Shown piece by piece: positions 30,637 to 40,000 of a stretch of DNA of 64,000 nt. The translations under genes were made by a program, and so were the position numbers. Under the pieces are notes generated by a model. The model was not told the origin of the DNA and made no database searches. It saw nothing but the letters and a program-made list of their open reading frames with translations. Each line of letters begins with the position of its first letter. Position 1 is the first letter of the stretch. Location of the stretch: assembly GCA_002773395.1 (NCBI GenBank), contig PFBI01000006.1, positions 156,657-220,656 on the forward strand, written 5' to 3'. The DNA is from Candidatus Kaiserbacteria bacterium CG10_big_fil_rev_8_21_14_0_10_47_16. GTDB lineage: Bacteria; Patescibacteriota; Minisyncoccia; Phycocordibacterales; UBA918.

Positions 30637-30753
30637 TCTCCTTCCTTTCTTCACGAATCGAAACCACCATGGTCCGATTTCCTATATACAGTGACATCTC
30701 AAGCCATTTGTGTCAATGGACCTTATTGGATCCAATTCGCCACCTCTCCTCCT

Positions 30754-30951
30754 TTAGGATTCAATGGGGGCCAGGACGTCGTACTGGCACCTAATATCCC
30801 CTTCTTCCGTCACACCTACCGCATGCCCTTTTATTCCTGCATGTACGCAGAAGTGGTCAAATTCGGAATACGGTGATCCTGTGAAGAACACCGCGTATAC
30901 CGTACCAGCAATAATGCTGAGCACCGCACCAATCAAAAGTTGCTTTCGCAT
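30754..30951 (-). CDS. Small hypothetical membrane or secreted protein
   Basis: AAGGAG SD, upstream TTGACA-N16-TATAAA; TM segment followed by a Cys pair. Confidence 0.55.
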   Translation of the reverse strand: MRKQLLIGAVLSIIAGTVYAVFFTGSPYSEFDHFCVHAGIKGHAVGVTEEGDIRCQYDVLAPIES

Positions 30952-31012
30952 GGAATAATCTCCTTCTTTTCCAATGTTTTTATAGCATATTTGGATAGTT
31001 TGTCAATATACG

Positions 31013-31367
31013 GTGCTTGGGGCCGGGCTCGGTCACGAATCACTAAGTATATTTTTGCTACGCTAAAATATACTTAGTGTTCTCGACCCGTGAAAAGCAA
31101 TTCAATATTGCTTTTCACCACGCCTCCCTCGTCCACAGGACGCGGCGCTCCGGCTTTCGAGCCGAGGCTCGGCGTCTAACTCTAGTTCACTACGTTCACA
31201 AGAGTTACCTGCCCGAGCATTTGAATTCTTGCATTAGAAATAGCAAAAATATACAAATGCTTTTCGAGCCCGACCGTAGGACGCGCCTGCGTCCTACTCC
31301 CCAAGCACACATACACAAAAACCGCCCTGAGGCGGTTTTTGTGTATGTGTGCTTGGGGCCGGGCTCG
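31013..31367 (-). repeat. tRNA-Phe 3' trailer element bounded by a 19 bp direct repeat of the tRNA 3' end
   Basis: gtgcttggggccgggctcg at 31013-31031 and 31349-31367; multiple hairpins; modules shared with the Cys, Gly and Lys trailers. Confidence 0.85.
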
Positions 31368-31422
31368 AACCGGCGACCCCTTCCTCTTCAGGGAAATGCT
31401 CTACCAACTGAGCTACCCAAGC
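31350..31422 (-). tRNA. tRNA-Phe(GAA)
   Basis: gcttggg-tagctcagttggtagagca-tttcc ctgaaga ggaag-gggtc-gccggttcgagcccggc-cccaagc-a. Confidence 0.94.
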
Positions 31423-31496
31423 ATTTGGTTTCCGAACGCTGCTTGGGCAAGCTGTGCTTACCCAAGCAAGTGAGTACTAGAATACCAAAAAAAGTC

Positions 31497-31793
31497 TTAT
31501 TCTCCAACTTCCCCACCAAAGAACTCCTGAAAGGCTCTCACCCCAGGAATCTCGTTAAGACCAACCTGAAACGTATCATACGAAGACCCGAACGCGTTGA
31601 AGTATGGTTCCAACACATAGAAGTAGAGTGCGAACGGAAGTCCAATGAGCACAACGTACCACAGTACACGGAGAATACCGTTAAAGATACTCCAGTGGTA
31701 GAGACGCTTGAGTATCTTATTGTTGTCTTCAAGGACTCGGTTGTTTCGCTCAATGAGTTGACGTAGGAGTGTATGGTCATCTTGTTCTGACAT
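31497..31793 (-). CDS. Hypothetical membrane protein
   Basis: 98 aa; LEDNNKILKRL followed by a TM segment; TATACT 6 nt upstream of ATG. Confidence 0.7.
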   Translation of the reverse strand: MSEQDDHTLLRQLIERNNRVLEDNNKILKRLYHWSIFNGILRVLWYVVLIGLPFALYFYVLEPYFNAFGSSYDTFQVGLNEIPGVRAFQEFFGGEVGE

Positions 31794-31831
31794 AGGAACA
31801 GTATATCAAAGGGTTTTAAAGAGATCTGGAG

Positions 31832-33661
31832 TTATCCTATCAGTTTCCCGAATGCAACAATGTCTTGTTCGAGTGACTCCAAACTTTCGAGGAATGTTTT
31901 TGTTTTTGTTGCGTCAATCCCAATAGACCCGAAAATATTCTCAACCGTGTCGCTCCCGCCAGCGCAGAGAAACGCATCAATGTTTGTAATGTATGAAGAA
32001 TCTGCCTTAAAACGCCGCGCCATGATACTACTCATGAGAATGCCGTACGCGTACGAGTACACGTAGAAACCATAACGGAAGTGTGGGATGTAGACGTACG
32101 ACGCTCCATCACGATACGTCACATCAACTGCGGGGCCGAGATACGCCTGCAGGTGCTTCTGCATCATCTTTTGCAATTCTTCTTTGGTAACTGCGCCGTG
32201 TTCACGAATCGTCCGATGTACATCGAGTTCATAATTGAAGAATGCAATCTGTCGTTGAATCGTTGCAATGTCCCGTCCGATGCGATCATGAAGAAACACA
32301 CGTGCATCTTCCGCAGTTGCTTGCGCAAGAATAGCGTCACCCACAAGCTGCTCGAAGAGTGTACTCGCTGTTTCTGCCGTCACCGTAGAGAAGTCTTGGT
32401 AAATGGTCGGTTGCCCCTTGCTTCGTTCTGCATGAATCGCATGTCCCATTTCATGAGCGAGCGTTTCAAGCGATTTAAAGTTATTGGTGTGATTGAGGAA
32501 CACAAATGTTGGCATGTTTACTGCTGCTGACATAAATGCCCCACCCCGCTTCCCAGATTTTGGATACACATCAATACTTCCGTCAGTGAGCATACGATCG
32601 AAGATTTCTCCGTACTCTTTCTTCAGTCCATAGAAGACATCCCGACAAATCTCTACCGCCTTCTCAAAGGGTATTGCGGGCGTTACACCGATACTGTCGT
32701 ACTTATTGATGTACGGGATCTTTGCTTTTTTGTGGTACTTCGCCTTGAGTTTGTAGAACTTCTTACTCAAATCAAAACCTTTTGTGCTGATTGCATTCAC
32801 CAGTGCCATCACTGACTTCTCGTTATTTTCATATCCTTCAATCGTTGCTGAATACGGTTCTTTGTATGCACGCAATTCATCAGACACTTTCTTGTGTGTC
32901 ACGATAGCGTTAAATTCGTTCTCTGCGACTTCTCCAATTTGTTCCATTTCATTCAGAATCAACTCCCAGAGTTTTTGCTTTTCTTCTGGAGCAACCATTT
33001 CAATTTCTTCCAACGCTTCAGGAATCGCAATAGTATTCTTCTTCCACACGATGGTGCGGTTACTCAAAATCTTTGATGTCCCTGACACCCACATACCATA
33101 GGACGTACTTGAACGAAGACTCATGATTCGTTCCTCTGCTTCTGTGAGCGTATGCTTCGCTTCAAGAAATACACGTGAGAGAAAGTATCGATATTTTGCA
33201 AGGGTTGGTTCAGCGAGGTATTTCTTCTGCAACGCTGTTGGGATCTTTCCAAGAACAAGCGTAAAGAAAATGATTTCATTTCCCACTTTCGTCAATCGGT
33301 CATCGAGGAGGTTACCCCGCTTTTCTGCGACATGATCTTTTGCATTAACCTCATGACGGAATGCAAAATAGCGACTCGCGCGCGCTGCCTCAGGCATTGC
33401 CGCAAGTGTTTCGTACTCTTTGAGTGCAGGAAGGAGCTTCTTCGCAGTACTGGTAAAATCCTTTCCTTTATACTTTTTTGCAAATGCGTGATACGTCTTC
33501 TCTGTCATCGCAACGTCTTTTTCAATCTTCGGATCCTTTTCAGAACGATAGTAGTGGTGTGCGAGATTCCACGATGTTTGCACTTTGCCGAGCGTTGGCA
33601 ACTTCTGTGTTGGTGTGTATGCAAATGTTTTCTTAGCTGTGCTGTGCTTCTTTTTGGACAT
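31832..33661 (-). CDS. pepF: M3B oligoendopeptidase F
   Basis: GKRGGAF, TLAHEMGHAIH, AETASTLFE, IPHF..FYVYSYAYG. Confidence 0.9.
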   Translation of the reverse strand: MSKKKHSTAKKTFAYTPTQKLPTLGKVQTSWNLAHHYYRSEKDPKIEKDVAMTEKTYHAFAKKYKGKDFTSTAKKLLPALKEYETLAAMPEAARASRYFAFRHEVNAKDHVAEKRGNLLDDRLTKVGNEIIFFTLVLGKIPTALQKKYLAEPTLAKYRYFLSRVFLEAKHTLTEAEERIMSLRSSTSYGMWVSGTSKILSNRTIVWKKNTIAIPEALEEIEMVAPEEKQKLWELILNEMEQIGEVAENEFNAIVTHKKVSDELRAYKEPYSATIEGYENNEKSVMALVNAISTKGFDLSKKFYKLKAKYHKKAKIPYINKYDSIGVTPAIPFEKAVEICRDVFYGLKKEYGEIFDRMLTDGSIDVYPKSGKRGGAFMSAAVNMPTFVFLNHTNNFKSLETLAHEMGHAIHAERSKGQPTIYQDFSTVTAETASTLFEQLVGDAILAQATAEDARVFLHDRIGRDIATIQRQIAFFNYELDVHRTIREHGAVTKEELQKMMQKHLQAYLGPAVDVTYRDGASYVYIPHFRYGFYVYSYAYGILMSSIMARRFKADSSYITNIDAFLCAGGSDTVENIFGSIGIDATKTKTFLESLESLEQDIVAFGKLIG

Positions 33662-34229
33662 AGGTTATAAATTTTTTATATTCGTCAAAGACGTGGTTAA
33701 ACTCGTGGATGATGTCATTTTGAAGGCGACGATTTAATACGTTGCTGATTTCCTGATACATACGCACACGATCTTCAAGAGAACCGCCAAACTCCTCCAT
33801 AAATCGTTCGTGCTCGGTGTAGTATTCCTCAATGATTGACCGCATGTTATGGATCTTATCCGCGGCAGACACAATAAGTGATCCTTCCGGTGCTTTATCA
33901 AGCAATTTTGCGTATTGTTCTTTGCGTTCCTTCCAATCTGCCACCACTGCTTCACTCCCATCCTGCTCAGAAACATGGAGTACATACTCCGTAACAGTGT
34001 TTCCAAAGTCTGCACGTAATTCTCTTTCCGTGTAGTCAGTATCCTCAAGTGTGTCGTGGAGGAGCGCGGCAATAATCACATCTTCTTCATTCGTATAATC
34101 CGACACAATGAGCATTACTGACACAAGGTGTGTAAGGTACGGGAACGGCACTTTTCCCTTCCGAACCTGCCCCTCATGGAGCACGGCAGCAGCTCTAATT
34201 GCCTGTTCTATACGGTAGGAATAAATCAT
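33633..34229 (-). CDS. Stand-alone HD-domain protein (Mesh1/small alarmone hydrolase-like)
   Basis: HEGQVRKG..PYLTHL, AALLHDTLEDT, ADKIHN. Confidence 0.85.
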   Translation of the reverse strand: MIYSYRIEQAIRAAAVLHEGQVRKGKVPFPYLTHLVSVMLIVSDYTNEEDVIIAALLHDTLEDTDYTERELRADFGNTVTEYVLHVSEQDGSEAVVADWKERKEQYAKLLDKAPEGSLIVSAADKIHNMRSIIEEYYTEHERFMEEFGGSLEDRVRMYQEISNVLNRRLQNDIIHEFNHVFDEYKKFITYVQKEAQHS

Positions 34230-34327
34230 GAAAAGTATGTAAATGGAGATCGTCGGTACTGTACTTGGTTATACCGTACATAGGCTATTTTACACGATTT
34301 TAGGGCTTTGGGGAGGCACTGGGAGCC

Positions 34328-34996
34328 CTATAGCCAGTCTATAGGGTCTTTCCCCTGTTTTATCAAATAGTCGTTGGTTTGACTGAAGTGTGTATTCCCA
34401 AAAAAGCCCCCATATGCAGAAAAGGGTGATGGGTGTGCCGATTCAAGAACAAGGTGCTTTTCGCGATCAATATGTGCTCCTTTTGCCTTTGCATAGTTCC
34501 CCCAGAGCAGAAAAACGAGATTCTCTCGTTTTTCTGAGAGCACCTTGACGACTGCGTCGGTAAATTGCTCCCACCCTTTTCCCTGATGTGATCCGGGAAG
34601 GTGTGCACGGACCGTGAGCGTAGCGTTTAGCAGAAGGACTCCCTGTTCTGCCCAGCGCGCCAAATCGCCGCTTCGGTTTGCAAGTGGCTTCCCAAAATCA
34701 CTTTCAATTTCTTTAAAAATATTTTTCAGCGACGGAGGAAGTTTCTGATCCTCACCGACCGCAAAACAGAGTCCGTTCGCCTGCCCTTCTCCATGATAGG
34801 GATCTTGTCCAAGAATGACCACCTTCACATTCTCAAACGGACACAGTTCAAACGCACGAAAGATATGTGCCGGCGCTGGATAGACAACTTCGTTCTGATA
34901 CGCCCCTTTTATAAAATCAGTAAGCTCCTTGAAATACGGCTTCTCAAATTCATCCGAAAGCTGCTCTTTCCACGATGGATGAATTTTTATATCCAT
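34328..34996 (-). CDS. ung: Uracil-DNA glycosylase family 1
   Basis: VVILGQDPYH, PPSL.NI, GVLLLN, HPSPFS. Confidence 0.97.
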   Translation of the reverse strand: MDIKIHPSWKEQLSDEFEKPYFKELTDFIKGAYQNEVVYPAPAHIFRAFELCPFENVKVVILGQDPYHGEGQANGLCFAVGEDQKLPPSLKNIFKEIESDFGKPLANRSGDLARWAEQGVLLLNATLTVRAHLPGSHQGKGWEQFTDAVVKVLSEKRENLVFLLWGNYAKAKGAHIDREKHLVLESAHPSPFSAYGGFFGNTHFSQTNDYLIKQGKDPIDWL

Positions 34997-34998
34997 GG

Positions 34999-35298
34999 TT
35001 ACGCTGCCTTCTTATCATTCCAATGATCCTCTTTATGATCTTTTTTATCTCGCTCAATTCGTTCTTGAATTTGTCGCTGCATTCGCTCAAGAGCTGCCTT
35101 ATGTTCTCTGATTTGAGTTTCTAGGTCTTGTTCTTTGTCTGACATTTTTTCAGCTTCCTTTGCCGCATCCTCAAACTCTTTTTTTTCTTTCTCTTCCTTT
35201 CGTTGCGCTCGAGCGTCTTGACTCTTTGCTTCACGGAGCCTGTTCTCAAGATCATCAAGTTTCTTTTCAGCGGCTTTGAATTCTTGTTCTAAATCCAT
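34999..35298 (-). CDS. Hypothetical coiled-coil protein
   Basis: 99 aa, highly E/K/Q-rich, tightly packed in the operon. Confidence 0.6.
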   Translation of the reverse strand: MDLEQEFKAAEKKLDDLENRLREAKSQDARAQRKEEKEKKEFEDAAKEAEKMSDKEQDLETQIREHKAALERMQRQIQERIERDKKDHKEDHWNDKKAA

Positions 35299-35302
35299 AT
35301 AT

Positions 35303-35563
35303 TTATTTGCATATTACTCCTTCTGCTTCTAATATTTTACGCTTTTGGCTCACCCCTCCTCGGTTATATCCACCGAGAGAGCCATCACTCCTAATCACAC
35401 GGTGGCACGGGATTTCAGGATCATAATTTGCTGCCATAACCTTGGCAACAGCGCGTGCTGCCTGCGGGTTCCCTGCGGCTATTGCCACCTCCTTGTATGT
35501 ACGCACAGATCCTTTCGGGATCTCTCTCACGACTGCGCGTACCTTTTCTTGGAAATGACTCAT
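35303..35563 (-). CDS. MGMT-family DNA alkyl-repair protein, C-terminal domain only
   Basis: IPKGSVRTY, AARAV, IPCHRVI, LGGY. Confidence 0.88.
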   Translation of the reverse strand: MSHFQEKVRAVVREIPKGSVRTYKEVAIAAGNPQAARAVAKVMAANYDPEIPCHRVIRSDGSLGGYNRGGVSQKRKILEAEGVICK

Positions 35564-35569
35564 ACGTAA

Positions 35570-36352
35570 TTATGATAGCTTTTTGTGTAACGCCTGCAAC
35601 TTCTTTCCAGACGCTTCACGGTACGGACAGTACTCGCACTTTTCACCTGATGGCGGAATGTGCTCCTTTTCGAGACATTCCTTGATATCCCCAAGGACCG
35701 GCTCAATCCAGTCAGCAGTTCCGACGCACGGTACGAGCGTTGTCTCAAAGATAAGTTTATTATCGAACGCATCCTCCTCACTTGAGGCATTTGCATACAC
35801 GAAGTACGCAGTATCGAGTACCGTAAATCCTTTCTGACGAAGGAGCCATTGGTACACACCAACCTGTCGCTTGTACTGATCCTCCCATGAAGAATCTGAA
35901 AGTGTTTCAATCGTCCCTATCTTTGATGTTGCCTTATAGTCAACAACGATGAGTTCATCGTTCGGTGTTATCCAAATGTCGTCTACTGCACCCGACACCA
36001 TAAGCCCTGTCGGTTCATGGAGAAACTGAACACCGTCAAAGTTATCACGCCAACGATCCATGTCTTTGTGTACAAACGGCACTGCATCGACGTGGTACTG
36101 CTCCATAATTGGGTGCTTCGTGCCAGCTTTGCGATGCACATCAAACTCTTTTTTGAAGAGTGCATCAACAGCGATATTGAGATTGAACGATGGCATTCCT
36201 GGACGCTTTGTGCCGAGTTTATTATCCAAATAAAAACAGCGTGGGCATTCAATGAAAAGATCTATCTTGGAACGAGATAATTTCCATTTTTCACCACCAT
36301 AATTCCATTCACTACTTCGGTTCGGGTTATATCTTTTCGTATACTCTGCCAT
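35570..36352 (-). CDS. PD-(D/E)XK nuclease (RecB/AddB/Cas4-like)
   Basis: LSRSKIDLFIECPRCFY, GAVDD, VVDYKAT, QVGVY, CEYCPY. Confidence 0.85.
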   Translation of the reverse strand: MAEYTKRYNPNRSSEWNYGGEKWKLSRSKIDLFIECPRCFYLDNKLGTKRPGMPSFNLNIAVDALFKKEFDVHRKAGTKHPIMEQYHVDAVPFVHKDMDRWRDNFDGVQFLHEPTGLMVSGAVDDIWITPNDELIVVDYKATSKIGTIETLSDSSWEDQYKRQVGVYQWLLRQKGFTVLDTAYFVYANASSEEDAFDNKLIFETTLVPCVGTADWIEPVLGDIKECLEKEHIPPSGEKCEYCPYREASGKKLQALHKKLS

Positions 36353-36368
36353 ATAGAGACTAGTATAT

Positions 36369-36409
36369 CATGCACAAAAAAGCCCCTCTGCGGGGCTTTT
36401 TTGTGCATG
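36369..36409. terminator. Terminator hairpin
   Basis: catgcacaaaaaagcccc-tctgc-ggggcttttttgtgcatg. Confidence 0.75.
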
Positions 36410-36429
36410 AGCATGCTCTCTTAACCGAC

Positions 36430-36966
36430 TTATTGTGCAACGAATGTTCCTGAAACACCCGCGACCTCGAGGTCAACTGATGTATCAAATACTTTATCGC
36501 CGTTATCAGTGAAGAATACAACATCATAACTTGTTCCTACTTCTGTTGAACGGAGAAGCTCAACAGATTGTGGGATAAGTCCGATTGTTGTATCAAAGCG
36601 TGCTGCACCGAGAATTGATCCTTCAGATTCTCGAACAACAACCCATCCACTTGAGATTGGGTAGGTTGCTCCATCAAGAACAACGACTTCCCCTGCAACT
36701 TGGTTACCAACCTGCAGTGAAGCATCCGCCGGCGCAGTGACGTCTGCCATAGCTGGCGCACTTGGCGCTGCTGGTGAATTTACGTCACTCTTTTTCGAAT
36801 CATCTTTTGAAACTGCCATTGCAGAATCATCTGATGATTCTTTCATTGCACTATCATCTGTATCTGTTGGGGATGAAAATACCCATACAAGGAGACCTCC
36901 GATAAGGAGACCGGCAACGAACGCAACTACGGTCTTCTGACTTTCTTGTTTTTCTGTCGTATTCAT
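36430..36966 (-). CDS. Hypothetical membrane-anchored surface protein
   Basis: N-terminal TM, acidic linker, beta-rich domain (GWVVVRE..ILGAA..DNGDKVFD). Confidence 0.7.
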   Translation of the reverse strand: MNTTEKQESQKTVVAFVAGLLIGGLLVWVFSSPTDTDDSAMKESSDDSAMAVSKDDSKKSDVNSPAAPSAPAMADVTAPADASLQVGNQVAGEVVVLDGATYPISSGWVVVRESEGSILGAARFDTTIGLIPQSVELLRSTEVGTSYDVVFFTDNGDKVFDTSVDLEVAGVSGTFVAQ

Positions 36967-37049
36967 ACGCAACGAATATCTGAATTATTATGTAATATGC
37001 CTCCAGAGCAGATATAGTATCTGACCCTACTCTAGGCATTGTACCATCT

Positions 37050-37886
37050 TCATTTTTGAGCACAAAGTTTCCTCGCTTCTTCGAGTGCCTCACCCATTTT
37101 AGACGATGAAATCCCCTTTCCTTCAAGCATTTCTGGCCGCGCGACGATATCACGACACAGAATCACACCTGACGCAAGCAAACGTTCTTTCTGGCTACTT
37201 GAGAGGCTTGCAAGTACCGTAATCGGATACATGCCGGCTCGTTCGATGCGATTTTGTAGTGAGTTTCCTTTTGGCGCATTCCATCCAATAAGTTCGATGC
37301 CACTGCAGCGTGCGTAGTCGATTGCTGCTTTGGTGAATTTTGTATTCGTGACCACGTAGAGTGACACGACACCACATACATCATCCCGACACACTGCCGT
37401 TGATTTCAAATCGAGGTACCGTGCGTATGAGTACATTGCGACCTGTAGATCAGATTTAATACCAGGATGACCATGAAACTTTGCTTCCGCTACAAAGCTG
37501 TGATCTGCGCGATATCCTGCAACATCAATTTCATGTGTTGCGCACTTTCCTCGGAGTGTGAGGCGTGTTTTTGTTTTATATCCTTCTGCTTCAAAGAGAC
37601 GCGCAAGAAAGTCTTCAAAGGGAAACCCTGTCGGACCAAGTCCAAAGAGCGCACGGCGAAGCGAGTACTTTGCGGCAACCGGTCGCGTACTCTCACGAAG
37701 GAGCGCAAACGCAGCACGATAGATTTCGTCAGTCTTCATCCCTTCACTTAATGAAGCTTCTATCTGTCCTACAATACTTTCTACCTCCGCTTTCGCAGCT
37801 CCCGCGCGCCGGAGTGAGCGGCGTAATTTATTTGAATCAAACAGCTCTCTCGTCCCATCCGCTTTTGTAATAACTACGTTTTTCAT
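37050..37886 (-). CDS. ATP-cone plus Mrr-like restriction-endonuclease-fold protein
   Basis: ITKADGTRELFD..KL..SL (ATP cone), LGPTGFPFE, HEIDV..VAEAKFH, VTNTKFT. Start set at MKNVV. Confidence 0.82.
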   Translation of the reverse strand: MKNVVITKADGTRELFDSNKLRRSLRRAGAAKAEVESIVGQIEASLSEGMKTDEIYRAAFALLRESTRPVAAKYSLRRALFGLGPTGFPFEDFLARLFEAEGYKTKTRLTLRGKCATHEIDVAGYRADHSFVAEAKFHGHPGIKSDLQVAMYSYARYLDLKSTAVCRDDVCGVVSLYVVTNTKFTKAAIDYARCSGIELIGWNAPKGNSLQNRIERAGMYPITVLASLSSSQKERLLASGVILCRDIVARPEMLEGKGISSSKMGEALEEARKLCAQK

Positions 37887-38935
37887 TCTGTAATGATACC
37901 TCCCCCGAGACACTCTGTGCCTACGTAGAGCACGCACGACTGTCCTGGCGACGGTGTTTCAATATCTACTAACACTTCTAGCGTACCATGGGACCCCTCA
38001 CCTGCCATAAAACGTACGGGGAATGGTGTTTGCCGATAACGTATCTGTGCCTCGTACGTTTCACCGATCGTGAGCGGGGTAAGAATATTCATATCAGTAA
38101 GTGAAAGCGTTTTGGTCTGTCCCCGCTGCGGCATATTTCCCACCGTGATCGTGTTCTTTTTCAAATCCTTTCCAATAACATAATGTGGCATCTCGTCTCT
38201 CCCTCTCACCGTCACCGTAAATCCATGTCGCTGTCCGAGCGTGTAATAGAGCGCGCCATCGTGTGTACCGATACATTCTCCGCTCTCATTTAACACATCT
38301 CCCGCTTCAGTGGTGATGTAATGTGAGAGAAAATCTTTCATATCTACCTGTCCAAGGAAACAAATTCCCTGACTGTCATGTTTTGTGGCAGTCGGCAGTC
38401 GCGCACGAAGCGCCTCATCTCGAATCACTGACTTTGGCGAGTCACCCACCGGAAACAGAATGTGATTAAGCTGGTCATTCGTGAGCGTCCACAGAAAATA
38501 ACTCTGATCTTTTTCAGAATCGTTTCCACGGAGGAGATGTCTCCCGTGCTCATCGGTACTATTCTGCGCGTAGTGACCCGTTGCAACAAAATTTGCACCC
38601 TCAGCTTTTGCAAAAGTGAGAAATGCACCAAACTTTACCTCTTTGTTACACATAACATCAGGATTCGGGGTTCTCCCCGCTTCATACTCAGCAATCATAT
38701 AGTCGGCAACTCCTTTCTTATACGCTTCTTCTGCATCAAATGTGAGGAATGGAATGCCAAGGTGTGCCGCAACGCGCATTGCATCGAGTCGTTCTGCTTC
38801 CCAATTACACGAAATGAAATCCGGCTGCCACGTTTTAATAAATACACCCACAACCTCGTGACCAGCATGAAGGAGTCGCAATGCTGCGACTGAAGAATCT
38901 ACTCCCCCTGAAAGGCCGACAAATACTTTCGCCAT
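37883..38935 (-). CDS. mnmA: tRNA 2-thiouridylase
   Basis: SGGVDS, GRTPNPDVMCN, ATGHY, KDQSYFL, DSQGICF, PGQS. Confidence 0.97.
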   Translation of the reverse strand: MAKVFVGLSGGVDSSVAALRLLHAGHEVVGVFIKTWQPDFISCNWEAERLDAMRVAAHLGIPFLTFDAEEAYKKGVADYMIAEYEAGRTPNPDVMCNKEVKFGAFLTFAKAEGANFVATGHYAQNSTDEHGRHLLRGNDSEKDQSYFLWTLTNDQLNHILFPVGDSPKSVIRDEALRARLPTATKHDSQGICFLGQVDMKDFLSHYITTEAGDVLNESGECIGTHDGALYYTLGQRHGFTVTVRGRDEMPHYVIGKDLKKNTITVGNMPQRGQTKTLSLTDMNILTPLTIGETYEAQIRYRQTPFPVRFMAGEGSHGTLEVLVDIETPSPGQSCVLYVGTECLGGGIITE

Positions 38936-38964
38936 ATGGTCAAGACCATACCACAGAGAAGTCG

Positions 38965-39999
38965 TTACGGTAAGTGTCTCGCTTTGTTTCGCTTATGCTC
39001 TGCGAAAGTCTCCGCATAATAGAAGACGCCGTCGGGTGCAGTCAGATAGAAGAAGTCCTTTGATTCAATTGGATCAAGTACCGCCTCAATGGAGTCGAGT
39101 CCCGGGTTTGAAATTGCTGTCGGTGGCAACCCTTTATACAGATAGGTGTTGTATGGAGAATCAAATGCAAGGTCTGCTTTTGTGAGTTCTGAACTCGCCT
39201 TCCCAAAGAGATAGTAGAACGATGCATCAACCTGCAGTGCCATGCCCATATTGAGACGGTTGAGTATGATGCCGGCAATGCGTCGTTTCGACTCCACTGT
39301 AGATCCCTCACGCTCAATGATGGACGCAATGATAATCACTTCGTCTTCGGTAAGTCCTGAGGCTGCCATAGCCGGACGGAGTGGCCCCACTTTGTTTTCG
39401 TAGGTTCTGAGCATCAACTGAATAAAGTCTTCTTCGGTGTAGTCGCGTGGAATGTAGTACGTATCAGGAAAGAGATATCCAATATGTTCATCAAAGGGTT
39501 CCGCTGAGAGTCGTGGGGCTTCGTCATACAAGAACGTGTCTTGAAGTATTTTCACAATCTGTGCACCAACAAGTCCTTCTGGAATAAGAACTCTCGTCGG
39601 CGGAACAACATATGTACCTGACGTGATCGCAGACGCAATTTCACCGACAGAGAGTGCCTTATCGAAACGGTATTCTCCTGCCTGAATGTATTCATCCTTA
39701 TGAAAGATTGCGAGTATAAAGTTAAGAAGACCACTTGAACGAACAACGTGTGCTTCTTCCAAATGACGCACCGCGTCAGGTACCGACATACCTGTTTCAA
39801 GATTCACGATAACGTACCGCGGAAATTTCTGAGGCGGGAGCGACAAAAAAGCGACGAGCGCAAACACGCCAAAAATAAATACTGCTACGCCAAAGAGTAT
39901 GTGGTGCCGTGTGTATTTTCTCCTCCACAGTGCCTCAATAGGCATCGTAAGCGTGGCCCAGAGCGCACGGAGAGATTGGGTGATAGATTTTTGTTCCAT
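38965..39999 (-). CDS. mltG: Endolytic transglycosylase MltG (YceG)
   Basis: IQAGEY, IPEG, GYLFPDTY, ASIIERE, SPYNTY..GLPP.AISNPG. Confidence 0.92.
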   Translation of the reverse strand: MEQKSITQSLRALWATLTMPIEALWRRKYTRHHILFGVAVFIFGVFALVAFLSLPPQKFPRYVIVNLETGMSVPDAVRHLEEAHVVRSSGLLNFILAIFHKDEYIQAGEYRFDKALSVGEIASAITSGTYVVPPTRVLIPEGLVGAQIVKILQDTFLYDEAPRLSAEPFDEHIGYLFPDTYYIPRDYTEEDFIQLMLRTYENKVGPLRPAMAASGLTEDEVIIIASIIEREGSTVESKRRIAGIILNRLNMGMALQVDASFYYLFGKASSELTKADLAFDSPYNTYLYKGLPPTAISNPGLDSIEAVLDPIESKDFFYLTAPDGVFYYAETFAEHKRNKARHLP

Positions 40000-40000
40000 A

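Noticed and set aside
31077-31766. 229 aa plus-strand ORF
   Set aside because: Runs antisense across tRNA-Phe, its trailer and a real minus-strand gene.
35570-36352. Cas4 / CRISPR-Cas locus
   Set aside because: Stand-alone PD-(D/E)XK nuclease with no cas1, cas2 or array in the window.
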